Assembly: GCA_951406725.2 (NCBI GenBank)
Contig: OX597815.1
Span: 86,242,001-86,306,000, forward strand
Reading direction: 5' to 3'
Length of the DNA stretch: 64,000 nucleotides
Origin: Octopus vulgaris
Lineage: Eukaryota
This document shows positions 40,870 through 55,296 of the stretch, one piece after another (within the stretch, counting starts at the first letter, position 1; each line of letters starts with the position of its first letter). Under the pieces are notes generated by a model that was given only the letters and a program-made list of their open reading frames with translations, searched no databases and was not told the DNA's origin. Made by a program: the position numbers and the translations under genes.

Positions 40870-41022
40870 TAAAACAAGTCAGGGGTCGAAGTGATCGCGG
40901 AGCAACATGCGATGAAGAGCTTTGCTCAATAACCCAACATATCACACGGTCCAGAAATTGAAAGAAACATTTTGCGATAGTGTGTGCAACACCCTAGCCA
41001 CTAGGCCATGTGTCTTCACACA
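40870..41022 (-). mobile_element. tRNA-derived SINE fragment (family D)
   Basis: Minus strand gtgaagacacatggcctagtggctagggtgttg...ttattgagcaaagctcttcatcgcatgttgctcc. Confidence 0.6.
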
Positions 41023-41044
41023 CGGAATGATAATCAAATGGAAG

Positions 41045-41230
41045 CTGCTGTTCATTTGAAGCATCGGACAAAATACCTTGTGGTACATATGCTAATTATT
41101 TAAGTTCAAATCCCGCTGCGGTCATCATTACCTTTTGAGTATTGATAGGGTATCTCTGAAGTAATCTGTAAAATCCCGGGGGCTGATATTACCAAATGTT
41201 CCTCACTTGCCAAATTTCTGTATTTCTCTT
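41045..41230 (+). mobile_element. Degraded SINE family B
   Basis: aagttcaaatcccgctgcggtcatcattacctttt...gataggg. Confidence 0.4.
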
Positions 41231-41792
41231 ATCAAAACATAATAAATGTCAAGAATGTTATTTTTTGCACCAAATCCATTCTGATGATGCGCACTTGGGT
41301 TCTGATTCGTTTCAGCATTCTGTTTTTATATTTACCTAGATAGCACTTCATTGTTCCATGCACATTCTTTTGTTAAGTCTCTTTATGTGCTTTAAAGAAG
41401 ACTTGGCTGTTTCTGGAAGGTTCTTAACGATCAATCTGAAGCTTTTTGAATGGCTATCGCTCAAAATAAGGAAAGCTTCCTGGTGCTTAACTTATTAGAT
41501 ATGACTAATAACCACCAGCCTGTGAGAACCTGTCTTACCGATCTTTAGCAGAAAAAGGGAACTAACAAGAAGCACTTGAAAACTTCAGACATTTAAATGG
41601 CAGACGTGTACGTATATGTCTGCATACATATGCATATAATACCTACATATATAATGTATACATCTGTCTTTACAAACCACACAACCAGCAACTCACCCAT
41701 ACAGCTTCACAAATCTCTCTCTCTCTCTCTAAAAATATACATACATACATACATACATATATATATATATATGCGTGTATATATATTTATAC

Positions 41793-41877
<85 letters not shown>

Positions 41878-42589
41878 TAAATATATACGTGTCTGTGGCT
41901 GTATTCACGAAATGCGAAATTGTTCTTTGTTTGGAATCAGAGGAGGATTTGTTTAGAAAAGCTTTCGTAATTACATGTTTATTCTGTGTCATTTTTTAAT
42001 GTCTTGTTTTATATATTTTTTTCAAAATATATCGTGCTTCTCTATCAAGCCCCGCTCTACCAAGAAAAAGAACAACAACAACTACAACAACATTCATTTT
42101 GAATCGTTATCATCTTCGAAGTTAATTGTAGGCTTTTTTTTATCCTTATATCATTTTCTATGTATTTTTTCAGTTATGTGATGTCAATTCTGCTTCTAAA
42201 AAGCTAATAACGATTCCATTTCGTATGTAATTACTGCTTTATATTACTAATGCTGTAGCTTCTCCTACTGCTTATATGGTTGCTAGACTTATTGATGGTG
42301 GTGCTTCGTGTTCTGTATGACTGTTTAGTAGGTTATTGTATTATATATTTTTGGATCTCAATATTATCAGTTTGTTTCATGTCCTTTTCAACGTATTTTT
42401 TCGGCTGCTCTTGTCATATCAGAAATATCTAATCCTTAGGGTTGCATCTATTAAAAGCAAATGCAGCGAAAATAATAAATATAATCGTAAATATACAAAC
42501 ACATGTAGACGATCACTGCATTTGTTCACAAACATATACAATCGTACATACATACACAGAAATGTAATATATACATACATACCTATATA

Positions 42590-42642
<53 letters not shown>

Positions 42643-44249
42643 GTGTCAGGCATACAAACATATATAATATATTCGTGTGCGTATGAGTTTGTGTGTCTAT
42701 AAATACGTGTGAGTGTGTGTGCAAAGATATCATATACAATATGTTTCGTAAAGACATCTAGTGTCAGTGAGAAAATATACTCTACGGGAAAATCGCAAAA
42801 TCTTTGGTAGTCGCCAGTGAGGAATTGGTCTATATGTATTTTGTATTTATGAATGCTTAATATGTTAATTTACTACGCTCTTCAAGTGACAAAATTACCA
42901 ATAATAAATTTACTAATGGAAAAGGTAAAAGTCTACTACTATGTAATTTAACATGCTGCAAGTTTGTAGATTCGCAGATTATTATTAAAAGAATGAACAC
43001 AGCTTTCGTTATATAAAGTATATTCGAGAAACACACACACAAGATGTTTAGAAGCATGAATTTAGAATTCCCGTGAACGTATATATGAATATATTAGCTT
43101 ATGTTTATATCGTAGCATTTTCAGTAACCGAAATCAAGGAATAGGTCGGCTTGAGTTTTACATTTGTTGTTACTCATCAGAATAGAAACCACGTCTTTGA
43201 ATGACCGAACACACGAAATATAAATAATTTCTTGAGAAAAGCGTGAAACCGTGCGTACGTTCATTATTAAAATTGAACACTTTCTTCACTAAGATATTTC
43301 CCAGAGCAGATATCTATTAGTCATTTGGAATATATCATCACCTCTGCAGCATATCACCACACTGCAATAATTAGCCACAATGTAACAATTCGCCACTTTA
43401 TGTTTCAACCTATTTCATGAGTTATATCTAACTAGGGCATTGCTAGAATGCTTCAATCGAAATATCTCCGGAAATATATACCTTTCAGATTCCTTGAAAT
43501 TCAAAGTTATTCTACTTCTAAAGTAATCCTGTCCGCGTATGCTGACACAATATCCATGTGCTCCAATTCTGGCAGTATACTATCATGCTCTTCAAATTTC
43601 TGTACAAATTATTTAACAATCCAAATCTCTAAATTGTCAAGAAAATGTGAAGAACTAATAGCAATATTTGATTATTTACTTTCTTCGTTCATTGGAAAAT
43701 TGACCACGATGGCTCACGAACCGTTCTATAATGTCAATAACAATAGCTGATGTTATATGACTATATTTTATTGTTGCTATCTTTTGATTTTTTAAAAATT
43801 CTGATTGTAGGTTTTTTGTTTATTATGTTGACTTTGCAGACAAGCAATTTGCAAATGACTCCCTGATAACAAATGAAAATTTTCTGTTTTCTCCTATCAC
43901 CGACATTCTCATCTTAGATTTTATAATTTCAAATGTATTTAAAACGTGGAACTTCAATAGCTCTGGAAACATTTTTCCTGAGATAAGACATAGCACAATT
44001 TTATAGGTTTCTTTAAAAAGAAAAAAAGTAAAGAAACTGATCATATACACATTAAACAGTAGAATAAGATTTTTGCTATGTCTAAATTTACGAAAACCTC
44101 TTTCAGTGTTCCACTTGCCAAATAAAATACCATTTGAGCTCAGTGTATTCATGCCGTTTTTCTACATGAATACGAGAAACATTTTTAATGATTTTACTTT
44201 TCAAGATTCTTATTATTATTAATGCAGCGTTTAGCTATATGGTATCGTG

Positions 44250-45800
44250 TGAAAAGATGATACAATTGTCCTACTGCAGTTGTTCGTTCTGCTGATATTA
44301 TTGTTGTTTGTACTATTTCCATTAATGTATGTAGAGCATCAGAAAATAACATGCAATAATATTAGTGTTTAACTACATAGACAAGCTTGTTGTGGGAAGG
44401 TACATTTGATTATATCAACCCTAAAGAAATGCTATTGTCATTTCCTCTATATCCTGATTGCTTTTGTTGACTGAATTTTTAATTAGTAATCACCTTGTTT
44501 AAATGTAATTTGTACTTAGCATTATATTTTATAATTTATTATGGCAGAACCGATGAAGTGTATTTGTTTCTTTTGTATGTCATACGGCTTATATATTATG
44601 AAGTATATCCATGAAGGTAAGTTCCTACTTCCCTTTTCTAAATACAACATCTATGCCATTCTTGTTTGGTGGATTTAGTGCATATGATATATAGCAAGAC
44701 AAAATGATTTGATATACGATACCCATTTCTTACATCACAGTCTGCTTAATTTTCAAATAAAGTATGTATTGACATTGTAATAAGTAAATATGTAGCTGTA
44801 ATTCGGTGCAAAGAAATTCTATACCTCCTGATGAAAAGTATTTTAATATATATATCTTATACTCCTGAATATTTCCATCATTAATTTTTTCATCATTGCT
44901 GGTTTGCACTAAATTCTCAACTCTCATGCATATTTTAATATGAGTAAATCTTTTCATCGTCAATAAGATATTTACAAATATCCTATCTTCCTTATAGCCT
45001 TGAATCATATAGTAATGCGTCTTATGTCATTCATGCCAAATACAGTTTCCTGAAAATGAGTACTTTTATTTTATTGACGAAAACATTGCCAGGCATCGAC
45101 AAGTAATATAAAGGATTATTCTGCGATTAAATATATTACAACTCCATTTATTCAACTTTATTTTATCTGCGTCGTTATCGATTTACATTGAATAATATCA
45201 ACATCAGTTTTGAATGATATGAAAGGTCCGTAAAACACTGACATCTCTATATCAAAAACTTTATATCTATTAACTACATTAACTCAAACTATGCATGCCT
45301 AGTGCTTTCCCGCACAATCTGTCTCTAACACTGTGTATCCTACTAGCACAGAACGTTTCCACAAACTTTCTCTTTGTTCTTCTTTCATTCGCTGTTTTCT
45401 GTTCTTTATCATGTGTGAAGCGATGCAGCAAATAATTTCCATGTCTTAAATTTTCTTGTGAAATATTTTGTTGTTATTATCCAGTCGACATACAAAGTTA
45501 CTGATTTACAATATGATTAACTTATTGCGTTGTTAGAATTCTCTGCTTACAGTAAGTTGTACGTCTTATTGTCATATGTTTAAAATAGTATCGTTCATTA
45601 CAAATTCAAATAAGTCTTCATTTTCTACTTTTCTTTATTTCAGTGTTCCTAAATATATGAAACTTTCGTGTATTCTCTTCAGTTATAGTTTATTCGGTTC
45701 TTAAACTTCTTTGCCGTTAATAACGACTGCAAATCTGTTTATCTTACATAGATACCTTGACAATGATAACATACTGTAAAGTTAAAGAAAATTATGTTTA
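44250..45800 (-). mobile_element. Possible very old R4/Dong-like LINE fossil
   Basis: Scattered minus-strand peptides ESFIYLGT, FVETFCASRI, NIQEYKIY and VKTLILLHVISDALHTLME loosely recall R4/Dong RT regions; not continuous. Confidence 0.3.
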
Positions 45801-45947
45801 TTTTGAAATAGCGTTATGATAGAATTTGAAGTGAACGATTTGTAAAAAAATAAAAGAAAAGAAAATAAAAGAAGAAAACTGGTTCAATATTCACTTTGAC
45901 ATACACGAAATGAAAACATGTACATGTTTTGTTTTTTTTTATAAAAG

Positions 45948-46420
45948 ATAGGCTACAGCAAATATTCTGCTCAATACCTCAAATTTACTTGTCAGTTGTT
46001 CGAATTTAACCAGTTGAGCATGTTCCTTAGTGGCTGACGATATGTGCATCTCTGATCGCAAGCGGAAATAGTGGGGGAGCATCATAACCATGTGTTGAGA
46101 GAAATTCGTTGGGGTTTGAACATTACACCTCTGGAAACATGGGTGTTTAGTTCATCATCCCTAAACAAACCTTATTCATGAACCTTTTGAGTGGGATGGG
46201 TTAATCAACCTGAAGAAAATCTTAACTGGTCCCCACTTGCAAGGTCATTCACCCTTTATTTTGATATGAGATCACCATGTCGTACACATATGGTTGTGAT
46301 GCATGTGCCTGATGTAACCTTATCAGACGGATAGTCATGATGAGTATACTAGACTGCGTATATTTTAACCAAGTGTCACTTTGACGACATGCACTACCCT
46401 CTCACTCAATAATAATAATA
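45948..46420 (+). repeat. Interspersed repeat ending in (AAT)n, probably a LINE 3' UTR; class unresolved
   Basis: Higher-complexity, more GC-rich block starting after a T-run and ending ctctcactc-aataataataat. Confidence 0.5.
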
Positions 46421-46452
<32 letters not shown>

Positions 46453-46464
46453 AATAAGAAGAAG

Positions 46465-46885
46465 AAATCTCAATCTAAACAGACCAGATGCTTGAGCACA
46501 CTAAGTCTATGCTCTATAATTGAAATTGCGTTCTTATTCGACACACGAATAGTTAAGAATGAAAGCAATAAACTAAACGGTTACAGTCCTCTTAAATACA
46601 AGAAAGCTCGACAGTGGAAAATAAAAGAAAAGAGTGAAGATAATGCCAATTATTATTTGGGCCTTGGGGAATAGTATAATTATTGAGAGGAATATAGAGG
46701 AAATAAGAATAGAGTACCCAGTAGAGTACCCAGTTTGCCTCTTTGGAAAGCTAGAATCATCAGAAAACTATTACATAGTTGAAGACAGAAGATAACATGG
46801 TACCTCAGGCTGAGGTAGCAAGCCTGTTGCTCATGCAAGATTCCAGGAGTTCCAATAGAACCTGAGTAACAAGAATCATAATTTC
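46465..46885 (+). mobile_element. R4/Dong-type RLE LINE 3' fragment, same family as 12290-13005
   Basis: IIEIAFLFDTRIVKNESNKLNGYSPLKY...VKIMPIIIWALG...IEEIRIEYPVE; 3' UTR ggtagcaa...atgcaagattccaggagttccaat resembles 12948-12990; preceded by (TAA)/(TGA)n. Confidence 0.72.
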
Positions 46886-47406
46886 GTAAAACAATATGAA
46901 GACGAAGTACTTACATTCGTACATGAAAACATTCCTCTACGTGCACATATACTCAAAGTACTATACAAGCATATATTCAAACGAGAACAACAAGAATAGA
47001 CCCACACACTCATGTACATACACACGTACCCACACATGCATATGTGTATGTGTATGTCTATGTGTTCATTACTTTTTCTAATTTGTGTATATGATTATTT
47101 AGCGTTATGAAATGGTCTATATGTATAAATGGTTTTATGTATTAATGTACGAATTTCGTCTTCATATTATTTAACATCACCAGGTATTTTGCACCTGCCA
47201 ACGGATTGCACATCATAGAATGGAGGAAAACTTGCAAGCAATGAATTTCGTAATGCAAGCAGACAGTGGAGATTAAATGGTAAACATCACAGACGTATCA
47301 GCTATGTGGTTCTAAGAGATAATATTATTTCGGGTTGCTTGCAATTCTTCATTAAAAAATGTTATATTGGTTAATACGAAGTGTGAAATTATAGTATACA
47401 TACAGC

Positions 47407-47516
<110 letters not shown>

Positions 47517-47529
47517 CATATATATATAT

Positions 47530-47812
47530 GGGGGCGCAATGGCCCAGTGGTTAGGGCAGCGGACTCGAGGTTGTAGGATCGCGGTTTCGATTCCCAGACT
47601 GGGCGTTGTGAGTGTTTATTGAGCAAAAACACCTAAAGCTCCACGAGGCTCCGGCAGGGGGGTGGCGATCCCTGCTGTACTCTTTCACCACAACGTTCTC
47701 TCACTCCAGCGGGGTGGCGTCATTTGAAGGCTAAAACAATGCGAAGCGCATTGTGACCAGCGAGGTGTAACGACCTCTGATAGCCTGATCGGCCACGTGA
47801 TTACGTGTGATA
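47530..47812 (+). mobile_element. tRNA-derived SINE family C, low-divergence appearance
   Basis: gggggcgcaatggcccagtggttagggcagcggactcg...ggtttcgattcccagact (A and B boxes), GC-rich body, inserted in (TA)n. Confidence 0.85.
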
Positions 47813-47940
47813 TATATATATATTTATTTATATTCAGATGCACGCACACGCGCATATGAATATACGTATATATATATATATATCTATATATAGAGAGAGA
47901 GAGACAGAGAGAGAGGAATATATCTATATATCTATATATA

Positions 47941-48003
47941 TGGCGGTGCCCCAGCATGGCCACAGCTCATTAGCTGAAACTGGAAAAATCAAAATCAAAA
48001 TCA
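47941..48003 (+). mobile_element. Solo 3' tail of the CR1-group LINE / SINE-A type
   Basis: ggcggtgccccagcatggccacagctcattagctgaaac plus (aaaatc)n; same motif as the reverse complement of 7350-7392. Confidence 0.8.
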
Positions 48004-48509
48004 TATATATGCGTGTGTATATATATACATATACATACATACACACATACATACATATATGTACATAGGTAGATATACATATATGTGTAAATATGTATGT
48101 TTACATATATGTATACAAAAGTACCTTTATATACAAAATAAAATAAAATACACACCTACGCGTATTTATGCATGTAAAGACATACTCATATGCAGACAAG
48201 CGCATAGAGGACTATCAGCATACGTTTTTACGTCAATGTGCGAAAGAGTGTGCGTGCGTGCATGTGTACATGTATGCGTGTGAGTCTGAGAGATGACGTC
48301 AGACGTACATCTATAATCAGCAGATGTGTAAAAAAGACTGAATAATGTAATGCGACATAGATTTAAAAATTCAGCCTCACACATGTGGCACAGTGTGTTT
48401 TTGTGTATTTGTGTGTGTGTGTTTTCGAATAATCTTAACTACTTAATGGATTCGTTAACATTTAAAGTTGCTAGTAAAAGTGACAATATCAACGGTATTT
48501 TTCCGATTC

Positions 48510-48578
<69 letters not shown>

Positions 48579-49456
48579 CGATGGAGATAGAGAGAGAGAG
48601 GAGAGACAAAGAAAGAGGGAAGTGAGAGAGCGATGGAGAGAGAGAGACAGAAAAATGTAAGCAGTTGTAAATACAAAAAGATTATGAAATTACGACACTT
48701 CGTTGCTTTCCCGATCATCTCGTAATATCGATAGACCTTGATGAAGAATGATACACCTTGTAGATATACGTTGTTGAGGCCAACTAAAACATCGTTATTA
48801 CTTGTCTGAAGGAGTCTTCAGCATTATTCTTATAACGAAATCACTTTGTGGCTTTATCTCTACTTATGTACCGATGACTTACAACATTAGTATTTTTTAT
48901 CAAAATTTTAGCCATTTGAAAATCTAAATCGATTTCATGTTTTACTGTGAATAGATTATTTTTACAGTATAAAAACAAACAATATTCATATTCTAAAAAA
49001 ATATTTTTATTGAAAGTTATTGGATAAATATAAAGAAATTATAAATTTTATATCAATCTCTAGCGAAATATTTGAATAATACACGACCGCATTGTATATG
49101 TACTCTAAAAGTAAGTCGTTTATCTAATGCAATCACGAAATTTGGAATTAGTTATACGGCACAAATTTTAGAAGAGATAAGGTGATGGGAGACAAATATT
49201 CTCAGCTCATATGAGAATATTGGTTTATTTAAATATTAAAAACAATCAAATAACTCCAAAATATAGCAAGTCCTTCATGCTGTTTCGGATTCAATCCGAT
49301 TGCGCTGTATCTTTAGAAAATATCTTCGAATATAACCTCAAGTTAACTATAAACAATAACTTGTGAATGGAATTCAGCACGCAAAACAGTGCAAAAGCCT
49401 GCCCTATGTGTGTGTATGTGTGGGTTTTGGTGCTTGGGTTGGTAGTCGATGGCTGG

Positions 49457-49502
<46 letters not shown>

Positions 49503-49991
49503 ATATAGAGTGAATAAATTAATGAACTACTTCATATAGATTTACTAATCGTGTTCATGGTCACACAGGCCAAAACTGCATATTTTGAATAATTGTTTAT
49601 ATACCAGTGACTGTTATATGGATAGTGAAACAGATATATATATTTCTATTGGCCGTTTTTTAGAAAAACACTAAAGTTGTTACGTTCATACAAGGAATTC
49701 TCTAAGGGCAAACATACATATAGTTTTACAAACATATATAATATTGTTACACATCAAGGATATAATAAAAGAATATTTATAATTGCACTCAGTTCAGTTT
49801 ACGATACAAGTGCAACTGTTATATTTTCTTTTCAAAATATTGAATGCACAACTAATGAAGCCATTACACAGCGACCAAAAATGATGAATCAATTTGAATT
49901 AGATGCATTAATAATGAATGAAATAATCTTCAAACTGGTTTTAGACCTAACATTTTTATGCAGTGTATACATAGACATATATAAAGATACA

Positions 49992-50025
<34 letters not shown>

Positions 50026-50514
50026 CATTTATATATAAAACTTAGTTAACTTAGATATCTAGACCTAAACGACTGTATATCGTGTATTGTATGATTTCAA
50101 CACTAAGTGCTAAAGCATTTTGTAGCTTGGAGAAATAAGACGAAGATAGTGTATTTCTGTTTTTTTTTTGTTTTTTTTTTTATAAATGTAGTCGGAATAC
50201 AAATACAATCTTTTAAAATAAATCTTAACCATAAAGAAAAGCAGTGATAGAACTTCAGAAAATGTAACAACTTTATCAGAATTATCAGAATCGTCTCTCA
50301 ATGGTGCGCTTACGTTATTTCATATCCTATATGTATGTCTTTCTGTAATCCATTTTCATTTAACTCATACACATTCATACGTAGAAACGCATATATATAT
50401 ATGTACTCACACACACACACACACACGCACACACACATATATATATACGTTACGAATAGTAGCAATAGCTAGAAAATGGCGAGCAAATTATAGATTGGGA
50501 GAACTGTGTCGTCA

Positions 50515-50618
50515 ATGTCTGATGGACTGGCCATTTTGCTGGCGCTGAATTGAAATGACAAGGTTTTTCAAACGAGCTTCAGTTCACTGAAAGATCAACA
50601 CGTTATTCAATCTAAAAA
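50515..50618 (+). repeat. About 104-bp dispersed direct repeat, copy 1
   Basis: atgtctgatggactggccattttgctggcgctgaattgaaatgacaagg...ttattcaatc recurs at 52096-52200. Confidence 0.88.
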
Positions 50619-50953
50619 GCAAAAGGTAGATTGCCGTTAAACCCATTGTTATTTCAACGAACGAGGCATTTGAACTTTATATAGGAAAGAAATTTGAATC
50701 ATTGCAGCAGCAGCTTACAGCACTATTCTGTATTTATAAAAGAAGACAAGCTGTTCTTGTTGCATGCTATATTATTCGCTTATTTGAACTCCTAATCGAG
50801 TAGACTGTCACAAAACGCTGTTATACTATCATGTATTTGCTAATGGAAAAAATTGGAATCACTCTTAACACAACCTGAATTGCAAAGGTCTTTGACACTT
50901 CTGTAATTTCTAAAAATCAAACTGCCTTCATGTGCGGTAACTATATATATATA

Positions 50954-51023
<70 letters not shown>

Positions 51024-51044
51024 CCTACCTACCTATCTATCTAT

Positions 51045-51752
51045 AGAAGCGCTACCCGTTCGGGATGGGCTCTGCAGACACGGCTCGAGAAACACGGGGC
51101 CGACCTGCCCGAGATGCGGTCAGAGCGACGAAACCGTTCTGCACGCACTCGTGCAGTGTCCAACAATTTCCGACCTGTGGGCTTATGTCACGTGTGGGAC
51201 GAGTCGGTTTATCAGCCGAGTCTATCGTCAATATTGTCACACCTCCTTCCTTCAAACGAGAAGGAAGAGCTATTTTCATCATCCTTGTGGCTATGGCGAA
51301 AAAATGTATCTGGTGGACGCGTCTGAAAGGATTGGAGACAAACACTTTACTCTCTGGTCAATCTCTCATCAACTTCTTCAAGTATCACTTGAAAAGAAAA
51401 GTGAGAGTAGAGAGGCAAGTTATGTCTAGCGAATGTTTTAAAAAAAAGATGAGTGAATGTAGCAAGGATGGCACGAAGCCACCTTGAGCATAATCCTATG
51501 AACCCGGAAATTTAAAACAGAGGGTTACCTACTTGCAAACAAATGTGATAACATGTAATAATATTGACCGAGGTTATCGTGGTCTTTTCCGTAGGCTTTG
51601 TTTTTCCACGTATAAACCTTATGTGCTTCCCCCATTACACCTTACACCATGACACTGTGATACACGATCCCTATTGATCGTTTTTTTTTTCTTTTGTTTC
51701 TTTTACTTTTTTTCTTTCTTCTTTCCCTTTTAAGATCCATTTTGATCGAAAA
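51045..51752 (+). mobile_element. L1/Tx1-clade LINE 3' end (CCHC zinc knuckle), inserted in (TCTA)n
   Basis: EALPVRD...CPRCGQSDETVLHALVQC...LW then frameshift to AMAKKCIWWTR; GATA-type microsatellite on both flanks. Confidence 0.85.
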
Positions 51753-51927
51753 CCTACCTATCAATCTATCTATCTATCTATCTATCTATCTATATATCTA
51801 TCTATCTATCTATCTATCTATCCATCTATCTATCTATCTATCTATATCTACATGTCTGGCAGACTGTCTGTCTGGTTGGCTGTATATGTTGTCTGTATTA
51901 TGCATGTATGTACGTATATATATATAT

Positions 51928-51974
<47 letters not shown>

Positions 51975-52095
51975 CATACACACATGCATACATACATACA
52001 TATATATACAGACAGTCAGACAGGCAGGCTGCCAGTCATGTAGATAGATAGATACATACATACATACATGCATACATATATACATACATACATAC

Positions 52096-52200
52096 ATGTC
52101 TGATGGATTGGCCAATTTGCTGACGCTGAACTGAAATGACAAGGTTTTTTCAAACGAGCTCTGGTTCACTGAAAGTTGAACACGTTATTCAATCAAAAAT
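52096..52200 (+). repeat. About 104-bp dispersed direct repeat, copy 2
   Basis: Aligns with 50515-50618. Confidence 0.88.
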
Positions 52201-52224
52201 ATACATATATATATATATGTATTA

Positions 52225-52281
<57 letters not shown>

Positions 52282-52319
52282 TGAGACCCTCTTCGATCAT
52301 ATATATATATATATATATA

Positions 52320-52680
52320 TAAGAATTTTCTGCGTAATGAGATAAAAAATTAAGGCTGTTTAGATATTAGAACATTTACAGATAGAAGGTCTTACAGCTG
52401 TTTCCAGGATAATTAATAATTGTATCCCTTCATCGGGGATGGTGTGAGAGTATGGTTAAGTAATGATTAATTTAAATAGGATACAAAATAGAGAGTGAGG
52501 GGGAGGAAAGAAAATATATGTAAGATATGTAGGGATATTGAATATGTAGATCCAATTTTTAGGCAGAATGTTATATGTGTAAGATTCCAATACCTTATGA
52601 GAAAAATCCAACATTATTTACAATTGTTCATTCCAAGCAGAGAGTTTATACACAATGTAAGATTCCAATACCTTATGAGT
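52320..52680 (-). mobile_element. PLE-type terminal repeat family P2 with hammerhead motif at 52389-52440
   Basis: Homologous to 56923-57204; abuts (TA)n; internal duplication of tgtaagattccaataccttatgag. Confidence 0.72.
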
Positions 52681-52770
52681 GTTGATATATATATGCACTC
52701 ACACAATACTTACATACAAACTTACTTACATATAGAAATACACACACACACACACATTCACACATATATA

Positions 52771-53575
52771 TTAGGTTGTTTCACTTGAAATGTCGTATTT
52801 GAAAGGTAACAATAAAATGTTTCGGAAGTGTTAGAGAACTGATTTATTTAATCAAAGTACGTTCCATATTCATTTATAACGTTTACCCAACGTTTCTCTA
52901 TGTCATATATTCCCTCTTTAAAAAAGAATTCATATTTTGCTGTGATAAACTGTCCCAATGTTTCAATTACCTCTTCTCTATTTAAGAATGTTTTATTGCT
53001 TATGAAAAGCTCAAAATGCTTAAATAAGTGATGATCAGTAGGAGAGATATCAGGGGAATAAGGAGGATGTTGCAAAATCTCATAACTCAGGCTTTGCAAC
53101 TTTTGGACCGTTGCTTGAGGAGAGTGAAGACGTGCATTGTCGTGGAGCAAAATTGGGCCACCTCTATTTATAGTTGGTTGCTTCTTTTCCAAATTCTCAT
53201 GCATACATTCCATTTCCTGACAATACAATGTTTGTGTTACCGTTTTAACTTGTTGCAAAAATGAATAATGAATAACTCCCTTCGCAGACCACTAACTTTG
53301 TAGGGTGCAATGGTGGGTTTTGGGTAGTGTTTAGGTGACTCGCCTGCATCTAATCACTGTCCTGTTCTCCTGCTGTTGTCAAAGAGTATCCATTTCTCAA
53401 CACAGGTGATGATTTGATGCAAGAAGGGTCTTTATCCAGTCTAGAATGCAAGAAGGAGCACACTTTGAGGCGTCTGTTTTTTTTCTTTTAAATCTCGTTC
53501 AGTTGATGTGGAACAAACCTATCCGTTTCTTGACTTTTCCAATTTTTTGAGAAATGCTTTGTCTTCATCAGTGGA
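52771..53575 (-). mobile_element. Mariner (DD34D) transposon, 5'-truncated and degraded
   Basis: ORF 52848-53258: ILLHDNARLH...HPPYSPDISPTDHHLF...RW...GTYFD with D34D spacing; upstream IITCVEKWILFDN; TIR-like ta-ttaggttgtttcac at 52771. Confidence 0.92.
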
Positions 53576-53779
53576 ATACACTCAGATAGCACAGACACAC
53601 ACACAGACACACACACAGACACACACACACACATAACAGAATAACACAAATACACACGCAAATATTACAATCCTAAGAATCCATTAAATATCGGCCCCAA
53701 TCACAGCTATAACCCATAACGTGCCAACTTTAAGTCATACAACACCTCACTACTTCCACTCATTCATATTCTCCCTTCT

Positions 53780-53805
53780 CTTTCTTCTTCTTCTTCTTCT
53801 TCTGA

Positions 53806-53846
<41 letters not shown>

Positions 53847-53935
53847 CATCTTCTTCTTCTTCTTCTTCTTCTTCTTCTTCTTCTTCTTCTTCTTCTTCTT
53901 CTTCTTCTTCTTCTTCTACTTCTTCTTCTACTTCT
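53780..53935. repeat. (CTT)n and (CAT)n compound microsatellite
   Basis: Direct reading. Confidence 0.95.
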
Positions 53936-54384
53936 CCCCCTTCTACTTCCTAATTTTATCACTAATGCTTTTTAGTATAACACCTACGCAAATTCTATAA
54001 ACAAACCTTTCAACAGAAATATTCTCATGAATTGAACAGCAACTGCTAGCTTCACTGACCATTCAAAATACGACAATCAAGGCACTCCCAAATCCCCCCT
54101 TCTCCGCATCCTTCTTCTTCTTCTTCCCTACCAAGTATTCACAACGACCTCGAACCCACAAATGTAAACAAGAGAGACAGAGAAAGGCAGAAACAAGGAA
54201 AATGCGACTTATATTTGAACACTATACAAATATTCTTTTAAAAAAACTTTTCTTTTAATTTTTCTAAATTTAATTATTTAATCGTTACATTTGAAAAGGT
54301 CTCAAAATGACTGAAACCGGTACTGAAATGTTCTTTATAAAATTATTTTAGCATTTTCTATCTTGACTTATTTTTTCATATATG

Positions 54385-54487
<103 letters not shown>

Positions 54488-54534
54488 ATATCCATATCCA
54501 TATATATATTTACATACGTATATGTTCATAAATA

Positions 54535-54597
<63 letters not shown>

Positions 54598-55008
54598 ATA
54601 TACATATACATATGTATATATATATATATATGTACATATATACATACATATATGTAAATACATATATCTGTATATATATCTACATCTACATCTGTCTGTC
54701 TATCTATCTAAATATATATATATATGCAAACACGGACCGTGGTACACATGCTCTTACACACAAACACGCACATAGCATACAAACACATATTGAACTGATT
54801 AAATGTTTGTTTTTCTGACAAAGCAGATGCATCATCAAACCTCCTGAGATAAATATAGTGTTTCATGTTTTATATTCTGTTTACTATTACTAGTTTTCGT
54901 GACACATTTTCTTACTTCGATCGTCTGAAATACGTACTATTATTGATATTTTCTTGAAAGTTTTTCCATGTAAATGTCCATTAAATCGAAGTTAGTCTAG
55001 GATCTATT

Positions 55009-55215
55009 TATGTATGTATGTATGTATGTATGTATGTATGTATGTATGTATGTATGTATGTATGTATGTATGTATGTATGTATTATGTATGTATGTATGT
55101 ATGTATTATGTATGTATGTATGTATGTATTATGTATGTATGTATGTATTATGTATGTATGTATGTATGTATTATGTATGTATGTATGTATGTATGTATGT
55201 ATGTATGTATGTATT
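55009..55215. repeat. (TATG)n microsatellite with periodic TAT interruptions
   Basis: Direct reading. Confidence 0.97.
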
Positions 55216-55296
55216 GCAAGAGTTGTGTGAATATGTACATAAAGCGTACATATACATGTATGCATACACATTTGTTCATATTTACATAAGCATACA

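Noticed and set aside
43448-43750. SAYAD motif suggesting an L1/Tx1 RT
   Set aside because: It reads on both strands (LSAYADT / VSAYADR), the second catalytic Asp is missing, and no flanking QG/PLSP motifs were recovered.
47530-47605. Functional tRNA gene
   Set aside because: It has A and B boxes but the acceptor stem does not close, there is no T-run terminator, and it continues into a SINE body.
53721-53975. Poly-His/poly-Leu membrane-like protein
   Set aside because: Translation of (CAT)n and (CTT)n microsatellites.
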